37,159 bases of DNA from Candidatus Poseidoniaceae archaeon (GTDB lineage Archaea > Thermoplasmatota > Poseidoniia > Poseidoniales > Poseidoniaceae): contig JAQXFL010000033.1 in the NCBI GenBank assembly GCA_029250345.1, positions 1-37,159 of the forward strand, given 5' to 3'. Under the pieces are notes generated by a model. It searched no databases, was not told the origin of the DNA, and saw nothing but the letters and a program-made list of their open reading frames with translations. Position 1 is the first letter of the stretch; each line of letters starts with the position of its first letter. Below are positions 16,749-27,088 of this stretch, in pieces. Made by a program: the position numbers and the translations under genes.

Positions 16749-18740
16749 ATGGTTCTCAGTAAACTGCCCGGTGTCGGCGAACGACTGGCACAGAAAATCA
16801 CCGACCACTTCGGTGGAGAAGATGAAGCAATTGCGTCACTAAAATCGGGCGACATTGCCCGCATTGCAGAAATTGACGGCGTGTCGCCAAAAAGGGCGTT
16901 GAATCTTGCCCGAATGGTTGCAGGTCAATCCGGTTCTTTTCTCGCCACGAAAGAAGCGGAGAAACTTCACCGTGCGCTGTTGCAAGATATTGTCTCCTTT
17001 GCATCGTGTGCCGCAACCCGTGAAAGAATGCAACTTTTGATGCCTGTTGAAAATCCTGCGGAACGAAGGCTCAAAGTCAGCCACTCCATGCAATTTCAGC
17101 AGCAAAACAGTGAACGTATGACCACTCTGTCGGGATTGTTCCACAATCTGCGTCAAACTCGATTCGCAAACGAGCGATATGAGCGAGTGGTCGTCAGCAA
17201 GGAACCGTTGGACACCTTCAAGAAATGGTGCAGGGTATTGCAGCCCGGAGAAGGCGAGACATGGAAAGATTATACCGTCTTCAAATCCGTAACATGGATT
17301 GGCTCAGGTGCGCCTGACGAAGCACCGGATGGATGGGTTATCCTGCCAAAAACAGCATCAAGCGAATTGATTCTACCCGAGCGAACAATCGACTGGTTCC
17401 GCCAGAATCTTCGCACTCTAACCGTCGTATCGGACGTTGTGAAGATGGCACGTAATTCGACAGATTCTCATCCCTTCATCGATGAGTTGTTTTCAATTGT
17501 CACTGGCCTTGAACACTTGCCAGAGATTCTTGAAAGTATAGACGACCAAGGTGATCTCGAAATCATTGCTGAAGTGAAAGACACGCTGTGGAAAGTCGCC
17601 AAAGGACTGGAAGGGCAAGTCAACGATGAAGTGGCCCAAGCCATGGATGACGCCAAAATGAACTTGAGCGGTGCAGAACTGCTTGAAGCTCTTTCGGATG
17701 GAGCAGCCTTTCAGAGAAAATTACAGGAAGCAACCAGTGATGTCATCACTGAGGCTATGCAGAAAGCGAAACAATCGATGGTCGAAACATTGGAAGGCAC
17801 AGGAGTCCGATGCCCATACGATATTTTTGCCACTCAATGGCCAGCCAAAATCAACAGGAAAGTCATCGATGAAATTGACCAAGCACTTGAGCAGAAACTC
17901 AAGACTGGAGAGACCGAACACATGCTCATGCTCGCACAGAAACTTGGTCCACTCCGTTCTCGTTGCGAAGATGCGGTCCGTTCTCTTATCGGATTTGACC
18001 AGTGGGTATGCATCGCCCTTTGGGCCAAGGCAAGGAATTGTGTTCTTCCTGAATCTGTAGAACATGGAATCTACATCGAAGAGGGGCGACACCTGTTGCT
18101 CGGCTGCGAACCAGACCCGGTCACCTACGGATTAGGGAACGCCGGTGAAAACGGTGACCAGCAGTCACTTGCACTTCTTACGGGTGCGAATTCAGGTGGT
18201 AAAACCACGCTGCTTGAGCTGCTTGCACACACTTGCATTCTTGCTCACATGGGCCTCCCTGTCCCTGCCAAATCTGCACGGGTTGGACAAGTCGAGGCAC
18301 TGCACATTCTTGCGAAAGCCGGTGGGACTCAAAGTGCTGGTGCACTTGAACAAACACTCGTAGAACTCGCCAATGTTGTAAGCGACCCAACTCCGAAACT
18401 GATTCTTGCTGACGAACTGGAAGCCATCACTGAACCTGGCGCTGGCGCTCGTATCATTGCAGGAATGTTGCTTGCTGCGGAAGCCCAAGACGACACGACA
18501 ATGATGCTGGTGACTCACCTTGCACCTTCAATACTCAAGGCTACGGGACGCAACGATTTGAGAGTCGATGGTATTGAGGCCACAGGCTTAGATGCGAATT
18601 TGGAACTGATGGTTGACCGAACACCGAAGCGAAACCACCTTGCCCGATCAACGCCTGAACTTATTGTCAAGCGATTGGTTGAGCGCAGTAAAGGACATGC
18701 CCAAACGCTGTTCCGAGACATTCTCGGCATGTTTGACTGA
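16749..18740 (+). CDS. Archaeal MutS-family ATPase with N-terminal HhH motifs (MutS2/MutS5-like, no mismatch-binding domain)
   Basis: HhH motifs LPGVGERLA and IDGVSPKRA; Walker A TGANSGGKTT; AHMGLPVPA; Walker B LILADELEAITEPG; VTH. Alternative start 16740. Confidence 0.85.
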   Translation: MVLSKLPGVGERLAQKITDHFGGEDEAIASLKSGDIARIAEIDGVSPKRALNLARMVAGQSGSFLATKEAEKLHRALLQDIVSFASCAATRERMQLLMPVENPAERRLKVSHSMQFQQQNSERMTTLSGLFHNLRQTRFANERYERVVVSKEPLDTFKKWCRVLQPGEGETWKDYTVFKSVTWIGSGAPDEAPDGWVILPKTASSELILPERTIDWFRQNLRTLTVVSDVVKMARNSTDSHPFIDELFSIVTGLEHLPEILESIDDQGDLEIIAEVKDTLWKVAKGLEGQVNDEVAQAMDDAKMNLSGAELLEALSDGAAFQRKLQEATSDVITEAMQKAKQSMVETLEGTGVRCPYDIFATQWPAKINRKVIDEIDQALEQKLKTGETEHMLMLAQKLGPLRSRCEDAVRSLIGFDQWVCIALWAKARNCVLPESVEHGIYIEEGRHLLLGCEPDPVTYGLGNAGENGDQQSLALLTGANSGGKTTLLELLAHTCILAHMGLPVPAKSARVGQVEALHILAKAGGTQSAGALEQTLVELANVVSDPTPKLILADELEAITEPGAGARIIAGMLLAAEAQDDTTMMLVTHLAPSILKATGRNDLRVDGIEATGLDANLELMVDRTPKRNHLARSTPELIVKRLVERSKGHAQTLFRDILGMFD

Positions 18741-20549
18741 TCAGCACAACCGTGCTGAATCGATTGAATAATCATGCATTGGAGCTTGGAAGAGGTCGGC
18801 ACAAGTCCGATTCACCAACGGTAGAGTGAGCGTAGCGCCCGCCCAATTGATTGAATATCCGCCAATAGCACCGGGTGAAGGAACGTAATCCAAACCGGTT
18901 TGCGACATTGTGATTTGGATGGATTCGCCCGCAGAAAGGAAAATATCCATTGGCATGAACTCCATGAGTCCGGTCACCGATACAAACGCACCGAGAGCAA
19001 CATCTCCATCGCGGCCACCGTCAGCGAATCTGAAATCCATGACGGCATGGCCGAGGCGCATTCCTGAGTCGTCGCTCATTTCCAAGAAAGCGTGAGCGCC
19101 GTTGGTTGTATGCGTCGTGATTGGAATGTGGAAAGTTGGCATACCTGCAATGTAGACATCCTCGTCAAATGGACCGTATGAAAGTGTAATCGTTTCGGTC
19201 GTTGTCACCATTGAAGCGCCGCTTGGGTTCATGTCCGCAGCACCGATTTCCATGTAGAAGGTATCCTCAGCCGGATAGGTGGTCTCAAATCTCCAGCCAC
19301 CTCGATTGTCTTGCATTTCAACTCCCAAGGTTGGTGCACGGCCCTCGCCCTTGAGGTACCAGTCGAACCAGTAGAGCATCTCATCGGCCCAATCCCAGCG
19401 AAGAGTGTACGGGTAAGCCTCTGCCCCTTCGCCCGATGGAAGTGCTTCATGGCCGGTTTTACGGTCTGGATAATCGTGGGCCCACTGGCCTGCAAGTGTC
19501 TTGGTTTCGATGCCTGCAGCTTCGACCAATTGGTGCGTCGGGAAAGCCATGTGAGGGTCAACGTTCCAGTCTTGCATACCTTGTATGATGTAGATTGAAC
19601 CTTGATAGTTCTCAACGACTCGATCGAGGAAGGAGCGTTCAGTCCAATAGGTATTGCCTGCATAGTCAACCATTCCGCCGGAAAGATATGCGGCAGGTCC
19701 GTTAAGATAACCTTCAAGATATCCTTCACAGAGGTTCTCTGGGTCTTCTGCATCGCCATCGACGCCAAAGGAGCCGTAAACACCGTTGTGCATAATCATA
19801 CCACGGGCCTCCATACTACCGTTGCGCCACATGAGTTCGTGAACACCAATAAGTCCAGACATTGGAACAATGGTGGCCAAATGCGGATTGCCAAACGTTG
19901 CTGCTTGCCAAGGCGTGGAGCCGTCGTATGACTTTCCAATCATTCCGACTTTGCCGTTGGACCATGGCTGCGTTCCGAGCCATGTCACTGCTGCGTCTAT
20001 GCCGCGTTGTTCATCGGTTCCCATGAGGTCCATGCAATGGTTGGATTCACCGGTCCCAAATACAGAAACTTGTGCAACTCCGTATCCGTGAGGCACGTAG
20101 TTCTCGATGAGGAACTTACCAAGTCGGTCGGCTGGAGTGAGAGCGTCGACGTCTCCGTCGTTGTAGTACGGTCCGACTTCAGCAATGACTGGGATTTGAC
20201 ATTCCGCTGAAAGATTTGCAGCAGTCCAGTCGCAGCCATCAATCACAGGCATCCAAAGTCCAAGATGGACTTCAGCGCCGCCGGTCAAGCCGGAGCCTCC
20301 GTCCGCAGCAGTGATGCTTGGAACTGCGACATAGACGGACTGTACCGTATCAATCGGGTATGAGCCGTTTTGAGTCACACGAGAGTAAATGTCTGAATCA
20401 TCGTATTGCATTTGACTGCGATCCCAAGGCTCAGGAAATACATCGTACGACGCTTCTATGCCGCCTTCGTCAATCAATTGTTCGCCGAAACATCCGGACA
20501 AACTGGTTGTCAACATTACGAACAAAATCAGCCACGGGCGGAAGTTCAT
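18741..20549 (-). CDS. CocE/NonD family hydrolase, lipoprotein; paralog of 14737-16617
   Basis: Lipobox LSGC; [56 protein letters not shown]. Confidence 0.88.
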   Translation of the reverse strand: MNFRPWLILFVMLTTSLSGCFGEQLIDEGGIEASYDVFPEPWDRSQMQYDDSDIYSRVTQNGSYPIDTVQSVYVAVPSITAADGGSGLTGGAEVHLGLWMPVIDGCDWTAANLSAECQIPVIAEVGPYYNDGDVDALTPADRLGKFLIENYVPHGYGVAQVSVFGTGESNHCMDLMGTDEQRGIDAAVTWLGTQPWSNGKVGMIGKSYDGSTPWQAATFGNPHLATIVPMSGLIGVHELMWRNGSMEARGMIMHNGVYGSFGVDGDAEDPENLCEGYLEGYLNGPAAYLSGGMVDYAGNTYWTERSFLDRVVENYQGSIYIIQGMQDWNVDPHMAFPTHQLVEAAGIETKTLAGQWAHDYPDRKTGHEALPSGEGAEAYPYTLRWDWADEMLYWFDWYLKGEGRAPTLGVEMQDNRGGWRFETTYPAEDTFYMEIGAADMNPSGASMVTTTETITLSYGPFDEDVYIAGMPTFHIPITTHTTNGAHAFLEMSDDSGMRLGHAVMDFRFADGGRDGDVALGAFVSVTGLMEFMPMDIFLSAGESIQITMSQTGLDYVPSPGAIGGYSINWAGATLTLPLVNRTCADLFQAPMHDYSIDSARLC

Positions 20550-20573
20550 GTTACTACGGGACAGGGTATGTTT

Positions 20574-20579
20574 CTTGAA
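20574..20579 (-). promoter_or_regulatory. Putative TATA-position hexamer TTCAAG
   Basis: Begins 30 nt upstream of ATG 20549. Confidence 0.5.
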
Positions 20580-20608
20580 CACACCGGCTGTTTGAATCGG
20601 CTGGTGAA

Positions 20609-20992
20609 TCACTCGGATTCAGTTTCTTGTGCTGCTTTTTGCGCTTCCATTTCGGCACGGACTTCATCCATGTCCAGTTCTCCAAGTTTGACGACCAAGT
20701 CACGTAGAGCATCCTCTGGGAGAGCTCCTGGCTGCATGAAAACGCCGATGCCATCTTTGAAAGCAACCGTTGTTGGTATTGAGCGTATGTTAAACGATTG
20801 AGAGAGCATTGGCTCGGCTTCGGTGTCGATTTTACCGAAAACAACATCCGGGAATTCTTCGGAAACTCGTTCATAGACCGGACCGTAGGCTTTGCACGGC
20901 CCACACCATTCCGCCCAAAAGTCGAGCAGTACGAGTGAATTGTTGTCGATAATGTCGGAAAAGTTAGGTTCGAGAATCTCTACTGTGGCCAT
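20609..20992 (-). CDS. trxA: Thioredoxin
   Basis: [11 protein letters not shown] active site; IRSIPT cis-Pro motif. Confidence 0.95.
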   Translation of the reverse strand: MATVEILEPNFSDIIDNNSLVLLDFWAEWCGPCKAYGPVYERVSEEFPDVVFGKIDTEAEPMLSQSFNIRSIPTTVAFKDGIGVFMQPGALPEDALRDLVVKLGELDMDEVRAEMEAQKAAQETESE

Positions 20993-21016
20993 ATTTTCCC
21001 GTCAAAATCGGCGCTA

Positions 21017-21022
21017 CTTCAA
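21017..21022 (-). promoter_or_regulatory. Putative TATA-position hexamer TTGAAG
   Basis: Begins 30 nt upstream of ATG 20992. Confidence 0.5.
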
Positions 21023-21053
21023 CATGTTCGTCCCAAACCACCAAAGCGACGAG

Positions 21054-21059
21054 TTCATG
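21054..21059 (+). promoter_or_regulatory. Putative TATA-position hexamer TTCATG
   Basis: Begins 29 nt upstream of ATG 21083. Confidence 0.45.
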
Positions 21060-21082
21060 TGCTCACTGCGGAACGCCATTCC

Positions 21083-23782
21083 ATGCGCCTAGCCCAACTG
21101 ACGACATTGCTTGTCCTCGTTTTGTTTCTTGCACCCTTGATTCCTGCCGATGGAAGTTCACTTGAACAAGCCAACGTCGCCAAAGTTGATGCACGAAATT
21201 CCGACATCGTAGTCTCAGAACTTTTCCGAAGCCCGAACCAACTCAAGTCCAATGCCACCAATGCGAACATCTACAATGCCGTTGATTGGAACAACGATGG
21301 CGACTATGGGAAGTATTCGGACCAATTTATCGAATTGTGGAACACCGGTTCATCGCCAGTGAATGTTTCGGATTGGGTACTCAGTTCAACATCTGGTAGC
21401 CCGCCGTGTCAACTCGCTTGGAATACAGTGATTGACCCAGACCAACGAATCGTTGTATTCAGTGCCGATTCGGACATTGTACTGAGTTATTTCGAAGAGG
21501 AAACTGTATCCATTACCGACACCTCGAACACGCTCGCCAACTCAATGACGATACCAAAAGAATTCGGATTCTACGGCAACTCGATCGTGATTGATTCCTC
21601 TGGAAACGCAATTGAAGTTGACCCGTCTCCTGGTTGGGGTCCTGGCGACGCTGATTCGACCGTTGCTCTCAACATCGTCAAATGCTTCAAGGTTTCAGAA
21701 ACAGGTTCCGACGCTTTCATCCTCAAAGGCCGAGTCGTCACCATGGAAAACGAAAACAGCGTTCTAAACCAAGGAAATGTATTGGTTCGAGACGGTAAAA
21801 TCGAAGGCGTATGGTCGTCGAGTGACTCGGTCCCAGTAACCGCTGACCTTACCAATGCAGTCATCATCGAAACCAACGGAACAATCTATCCAGGACTTAT
21901 TGACTTGCACAATCACGTTCACTACAATCACATCCCATTGTGGGACTTCAATGTCCACTTGAGCGAAAGTCAACGCTCTGACGAAGGAGGATACACCAAC
22001 CGATACCAATGGGGCAACAACTACGATTACGGCCCGAGTATCACATGGATGAAAAACAACATTCAACAAAACAGCCGCTGGGGAATGGCAAGTGAACAAA
22101 TGAAGTATGCAGAAGTTCAAGCCGTTGCAGGTGGAGTGACTGCAATACAAGGCTCGCCAGGCTCAGGCACTTCCGCATGGGACAGCATGTTGGCTCGCAA
22201 CGTCGAATTGTACAACTTCGGACAAGATGGAATCTCTACCTGCGCTGTGTGCGGGGCTGCTGATGACGACTACACTGGAAGCCATCTGATTTCTCAAAAT
22301 CAATCAGGCTCATTGAACGCATGGTTCGTGCATTTGGCGGAAGGAGTGGACAGCAGCAGTAAGTCCGAATTTGACGCTCTATGGGACAAGGGACTCATCA
22401 TGGATGAAACCGTTGTCATTCACGGAACAGCACTTGACCGCCCTCAATTCGATAAGATGGCAACCGTCGGAGCAGATTTGGTCTGGTCACCAATCTCAAA
22501 CCTCCTCCTTTACGGAAACACGACCAATGTCCGGGCTGCAGATGCTGCAGGCGTCACCATCTCTCTCGCACCAGACTGGGGTCCAAGCGGTTCGAAGAAC
22601 AACTTGCATGAACTCAAAGTGGCTGACCTGTGGAATCAAGACGTCATGGATTCGTATTTCACAAACTATGAACTAGCTGAAATGGTCACCAGCAATCCCG
22701 CTAAAGCAGCAAATTGGGATCCATTTGTTGGACAACTCAAGGCAGGAATGTATGCAGACATCGTCGTGATGGACACCTTCCACGATGACCCTTACCGTAA
22801 CTTAATCGAAGCGATTGATGCAGATGTCCGACTTACTGTCGTTCAAGGAAAGGCTGTCTTCGGAGATACGGACATCATGACTGCCATAAACCAAGATGAT
22901 TGGGAGCCAATCACTGGTGGAGGCGTCTCAAAGGCTGTCGATGTAACATCGATGTCTGAGGTCGACGGCTCTCAAACTTGGGAAAGCATCGAATCAGGAA
23001 TGGCTATGGCAATGCGAAACGAAGTTTCTGACATTCGCCAACACTGGTCTGCCCCTGACAACATCGCTTGGGAAACCGATGCCGATGTTCAAGCATACCT
23101 CGACACGGAGTTCGACGGAAAGAACGCAGCAAACACAGGAGTCTCTCAGTTGAAAAGCATGACCGTTGATCCAATTTTCACCACTGGAGATGAACGTTAC
23201 TTCGACGTCATCAACCGCTCGACATGGGCCAACACCCACGTCGACCTGTCCAAACTCTATGCCTACTACGACATCTCCATGGATGCAGATGGAGACCGTG
23301 ACGGCGTCAATGTCGACCTGTCAACCGACCCAGCGAACGCTGGCAACACAGGTGGCAACAGTGGAAACAACGGCGATGCGACCGATGGCACGGACAATAC
23401 CGGCGGCAACACAGATACAACCGACGGAACAGACACGACGGATGGCACGGACGCAACCGACGGAACAGATACGACGGGTGGCACAGACACAACCGACACT
23501 TCAGGAGATTCCGACGCAGACTCAACATCTGGAGATTCAGATGAAAGCAATGCAAAGTACTTGCTTGTTGGAGTTCTAGCCGTGATTGTTGCAGGTTTAT
23601 TTTTCCTCAGTCGAAACGGTGGCGATGAACTGAACTTGAGTCAAGAGGCTCACATCGAAAAGATGTGGGACGATGATGCACTCGATGCCGCTGTGAATAC
23701 AGAAAAGGAATCGACAGGGTTTGTACCAGCCCCGCCTCCGATGGAATTCAAGTCGAGTTCGACGGCGAACGAAGAAGAGTGA
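21083..23782 (+). CDS. Secreted, membrane-anchored metal-dependent amidohydrolase with N-terminal lamin-tail-like domain
   Basis: Signal peptide; lamin-tail-like IVVSEL...DQFIELWNTG; amidohydrolase motifs PGLIDLHNH, VHLAEG, IHGT, LAPDW, GQLKAGMYADIVV; D/T/G linker; C-terminal TM helix. Confidence 0.85.
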   Translation: MRLAQLTTLLVLVLFLAPLIPADGSSLEQANVAKVDARNSDIVVSELFRSPNQLKSNATNANIYNAVDWNNDGDYGKYSDQFIELWNTGSSPVNVSDWVLSSTSGSPPCQLAWNTVIDPDQRIVVFSADSDIVLSYFEEETVSITDTSNTLANSMTIPKEFGFYGNSIVIDSSGNAIEVDPSPGWGPGDADSTVALNIVKCFKVSETGSDAFILKGRVVTMENENSVLNQGNVLVRDGKIEGVWSSSDSVPVTADLTNAVIIETNGTIYPGLIDLHNHVHYNHIPLWDFNVHLSESQRSDEGGYTNRYQWGNNYDYGPSITWMKNNIQQNSRWGMASEQMKYAEVQAVAGGVTAIQGSPGSGTSAWDSMLARNVELYNFGQDGISTCAVCGAADDDYTGSHLISQNQSGSLNAWFVHLAEGVDSSSKSEFDALWDKGLIMDETVVIHGTALDRPQFDKMATVGADLVWSPISNLLLYGNTTNVRAADAAGVTISLAPDWGPSGSKNNLHELKVADLWNQDVMDSYFTNYELAEMVTSNPAKAANWDPFVGQLKAGMYADIVVMDTFHDDPYRNLIEAIDADVRLTVVQGKAVFGDTDIMTAINQDDWEPITGGGVSKAVDVTSMSEVDGSQTWESIESGMAMAMRNEVSDIRQHWSAPDNIAWETDADVQAYLDTEFDGKNAANTGVSQLKSMTVDPIFTTGDERYFDVINRSTWANTHVDLSKLYAYYDISMDADGDRDGVNVDLSTDPANAGNTGGNSGNNGDATDGTDNTGGNTDTTDGTDTTDGTDATDGTDTTGGTDTTDTSGDSDADSTSGDSDESNAKYLLVGVLAVIVAGLFFLSRNGGDELNLSQEAHIEKMWDDDALDAAVNTEKESTGFVPAPPPMEFKSSSTANEEE
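23372..23500 (+). repeat. Degenerate 18-bp tandem repeat encoding (D[TA]TDGT)n linker
   Basis: Translates as DATDGT DNTGGNT DTTDGT DTTDGT DATDGT DTTGGT DTTDT. Confidence 0.8.
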
Positions 23783-23784
23783 GT

Positions 23785-25275
23785 TCACTCAAGCTTCCAT
23801 GACGGTCCTTCAGGTGTGTCGACGACAACGACTCCCATCGAGTTGAGTTGGTCTCGTATCTCATCGGCCTTGCCCCAATCTTTGGATGAACGCGCTTCAC
23901 TTCTGGCAACAAGTAACTGTTCGACCTGTTCTGCAACCTCTGCTCGACGTGGGTCTTCCACTGGTTCAGCCAGTGCCATCTCACGGCTTGGAAGCACTCC
24001 TAAAACTGAACCTGCTGTTTCTTCAAGCCAATCGACGGCATAGTGAGCAAAAGCGTGTTGATCCGCCTCATCGAGGCCGCTGTCCATGATTTTCGCCATT
24101 TGACGGACGGCGCCAAGCACCTTTCCTATGGCGTCACGGCTGTTGAAATCATCGTCCATAGCCTGTGCAAACCCCTCGCCCATTTTTTCAAGCAGGCCGA
24201 GAGAACGGGAGAAAGGCTGTTGGCTTGTGATATCAGCGTGAGGAAGGTCAACTGGGTTTGGAGAACTTGAAGCTACTTTCAAGACTCGTACATAGGTCTC
24301 AAGCAATCGATTGTAGTTCCTTTCAGCATCTTTCAGCAAGGTTTCGTTCATGTCAATGGGTGAACGGTAGTGGGCATTGATGAGCGAGAAGCGAAGCACC
24401 ATGGCATCGACTTTCTCAAGGATGTCTCGAATGGTCCAAAAATTACCCAATGATTTGCTCATTTTCTCGCCATCGATGTTAACAAATCCGTTGTGTAGCC
24501 AATGATGGACCACTGGACTGCATCCAGTATGGCATTCACCTTGGAAGATTTCTGCTTCATGATGCGGGAACCGTAAATCATGCCCGCCGCCGTGAATGTC
24601 AAATTGTGCACCAAAATAGTCCATCGACATTGCCGTACATTCGATGTGCCATCCGGGCCGACCTGGGCCCCAAGGAGAGTCCCATGTAGGCTCGTCTGGT
24701 TTCGCTGATTTCCACAAGGCGAAATCTTTGTGATCTTTCTTGGCTGAACCGGTTGCTCCTACTCTGCCGCCTGCACCAGAGCGGACTGCCTCGATGTTTT
24801 GACCGGTAAGCATACCGTATTTCTCTGGTGCTGAATCGATGTGAAAGTAGACACCCTCGTCGGTTTGGTAAGCATGGTCTTTGTCGATGAGGTCTTGCGT
24901 AATTCGAATCATATCATCGACATAATCGGTACAACGAGGGTAATCGTCAGCTCGTAGAATGTTCAATGCGTCCATGTCTTCGTAGTATGTGGCAATGTTT
25001 TGGTCAACCAACGCTTTCCAATCGCCCCCAGTTTCATTTGCTCTTTGAATGATTTTGTCGTCAATGTCGGTGAAATTTTGGACATAATGAACATCATATC
25101 CAGACTTTTCAAGCCACCTGTGAATCAAATCAAAGGCGAGATAACAACGAGCGTGTCCCAAATGACATCGGTCGTAGACGGTTACGCCACAGACGTACAT
25201 CGAGACTTTTCCAGGCTCCATGGTTGAGAAATCGACTTTGTCTCTCCTCCGAGTGTCGTACAGGCGAATTGGCAT
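23785..25275 (-). CDS. cysS: Cysteine--tRNA ligase
   Basis: YVCGVTVYD..HLGHAR, NFTDIDDKII, DFALWK, GRPGWHIEC, DIHGGG.DL.FPHHE, KMSKSLGN. Confidence 0.97.
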   Translation of the reverse strand: MPIRLYDTRRRDKVDFSTMEPGKVSMYVCGVTVYDRCHLGHARCYLAFDLIHRWLEKSGYDVHYVQNFTDIDDKIIQRANETGGDWKALVDQNIATYYEDMDALNILRADDYPRCTDYVDDMIRITQDLIDKDHAYQTDEGVYFHIDSAPEKYGMLTGQNIEAVRSGAGGRVGATGSAKKDHKDFALWKSAKPDEPTWDSPWGPGRPGWHIECTAMSMDYFGAQFDIHGGGHDLRFPHHEAEIFQGECHTGCSPVVHHWLHNGFVNIDGEKMSKSLGNFWTIRDILEKVDAMVLRFSLINAHYRSPIDMNETLLKDAERNYNRLLETYVRVLKVASSSPNPVDLPHADITSQQPFSRSLGLLEKMGEGFAQAMDDDFNSRDAIGKVLGAVRQMAKIMDSGLDEADQHAFAHYAVDWLEETAGSVLGVLPSREMALAEPVEDPRRAEVAEQVEQLLVARSEARSSKDWGKADEIRDQLNSMGVVVVDTPEGPSWKLE

Positions 25276-25341
25276 GGGATTCAGCCAACGGTGTGGACAG
25301 CCTCACTTCAAAGTTAAGTCCAAATCTCATGTCGGGAGGGT

Positions 25342-26373
25342 ATGGCAGAGGTCAAGCCCGGGTCTTCAAAGAGCATTTTCGTCACCGGCGTGAACGGTCA
25401 CGTAGGAAATCACATTGTTCGAGATTTACTTGAGCACGGCTACAACGTCATCGGTTCAGTTCGTGATTTGAATGACCCGTCTAAGGTCGACCATGTTCGT
25501 CAACATGCATTGGATTTGAACTGTGAAGACCGACTGAAGTTGGTTGAGGCAGATGTACTGGATGCTGACGGATGGAGCGAGGCAATATTGGGTTGTGACG
25601 CACTGTTCCACACCGCTACGGTCTACTCAAATTCGGATAAGGCGGAGATCATCATTGACACCGCTGTCAAAGGAACGACCCACCTGCTCAGTGCCGCCCA
25701 CGAAGCAAAAATTCCTCGCGTCATCTATACCTCGAGTGTTGCTGCAATTGGGAGTACGCCAAAAGGACGTGAAAAAACCGAGGACGATTGGCAAACCGGC
25801 AGCTATTCCCCTTACACCGTTGCGAAGACAGAATCTGAAAAGCGAGCATGGGAACTAGCAAAGCAGTTTGGAATCGATTTACGAGTCATCAACCCCGGGG
25901 GCGTTTTGGGTGGTGGATTTGTCAAACCTACGCCAAGCATTGATTACTTCCCCGATGCCATAGCAGGTAAGTTCCCAGTCGTTCCCAAAATACCAATTCC
26001 TATTGTACATGTGCGAGATGTGGCAAAAGCCCACCGCCTCGCTTATGAAATCGATGAAGCAGAAGGGCGATTCATCGTAGCACCACACAAAAACAAAACC
26101 ATTGCCGAAGTTTGCAAGGCGATAAAAAATCAATTCCCACACACCAAGGCATCTCGTCGAGCAATTCCCCGTTCACTGATGTTCATCGTCGTGTTTCAGG
26201 ATTGGCTGATGGGCCTGTTTGGAGCACAACGCCGCATGACCCGTAAGGCAGTGAAAGGCTATTTCGAAGGCGATGCTGATTTCTCGTCAAAGAAGGCCTC
26301 GGATGTTCTCGGAATCGAGTGGGAATCATTTGAAACCTGTATTCAAGACACTGTGGAGGAATTCTTACAGTGA
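25342..26373 (+). CDS. NAD-dependent epimerase/dehydratase (extended SDR, dihydroflavonol-reductase-like)
   Basis: VTGVNGHVG, FHTA, YTSSVAA, catalytic YTVAK, VHVRDVA; GGAGG SD upstream. Confidence 0.88.
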   Translation: MAEVKPGSSKSIFVTGVNGHVGNHIVRDLLEHGYNVIGSVRDLNDPSKVDHVRQHALDLNCEDRLKLVEADVLDADGWSEAILGCDALFHTATVYSNSDKAEIIIDTAVKGTTHLLSAAHEAKIPRVIYTSSVAAIGSTPKGREKTEDDWQTGSYSPYTVAKTESEKRAWELAKQFGIDLRVINPGGVLGGGFVKPTPSIDYFPDAIAGKFPVVPKIPIPIVHVRDVAKAHRLAYEIDEAEGRFIVAPHKNKTIAEVCKAIKNQFPHTKASRRAIPRSLMFIVVFQDWLMGLFGAQRRMTRKAVKGYFEGDADFSSKKASDVLGIEWESFETCIQDTVEEFLQ

Positions 26374-27071
26374 GTTTGAGTACGGGTAACGGGATTCAAA
26401 TTGCAGGAATCGAAGTGTCCGATTCAATGCTCATTCGTCTTGGATGGCTTCTCCCATTGGCGACGGTCGTTACTTCAATGTCGATTCACGCCTTCAGCGG
26501 TAATGCGAGAGCAATCCCCTTCTTTGTTTCAGAATCGGATTATCCCGGACCTGAGCGAATAGTGTTCACCACGGGTTTGGCAATCACGGGCGTAGTCATA
26601 TGTTTTCTCGCATACCGATTTAGTCTCATGGTTGAAGAGCAAGACTCCAAATGGAATCGAGTATCACTTTTTTCTGGGATATTATCAGGTCTATCGCTGT
26701 CTGTTCTCGCTTTTGCAAACATGTACGATGCACTCCTGCTCCACAGTATCACGACAATTCTCGTGTTTGTTGGCGGGTTCATTTGGGGAGCATCAATGAA
26801 TCAAATACATTCGAACGTTGTATCCCAAACCCCAAAACTACGCAAAGCCGGATTGTGGATGTCGGGTCTAGGTATTCTCATCATGAATCTCTCGCTGGGA
26901 GTCTATATCTTCTGGAAAAGAGAGAGTTTGGGCCTTCAAGACCCCCAATTTGATATTCTGAATCAAATTCAACCTGCCATCAACATTGCAGCACCTGCCG
27001 AATACCTCCTCATCGTAGGCTTGATGATGACACTCGCTTCGATCGGTAGAGATTTACAAAGCAATGAATGA
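26370..27071 (+). CDS. Frag1/DRAM/Sfk1-like multi-pass membrane protein
   Basis: About 6 hydrophobic segments; PFFVSE...PERIVF, LH and C-terminal AEY motifs. The GTG start overlaps the upstream TGA (GTGA). Confidence 0.65.
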   Translation: MSLSTGNGIQIAGIEVSDSMLIRLGWLLPLATVVTSMSIHAFSGNARAIPFFVSESDYPGPERIVFTTGLAITGVVICFLAYRFSLMVEEQDSKWNRVSLFSGILSGLSLSVLAFANMYDALLLHSITTILVFVGGFIWGASMNQIHSNVVSQTPKLRKAGLWMSGLGILIMNLSLGVYIFWKRESLGLQDPQFDILNQIQPAINIAAPAEYLLIVGLMMTLASIGRDLQSNE

Positions 27072-27088
27072 ACAATGAAAATGAGCGT

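Noticed and set aside
16749-18740. Canonical mismatch-repair mutS
   Set aside because: It lacks the mismatch-binding domain and no mutL is nearby, so no gene symbol was assigned.
23372-23500. CRISPR array or non-coding VNTR
   Set aside because: Degenerate 18-bp units vary at synonymous positions, have no spacers, and lie in frame as a protein linker.
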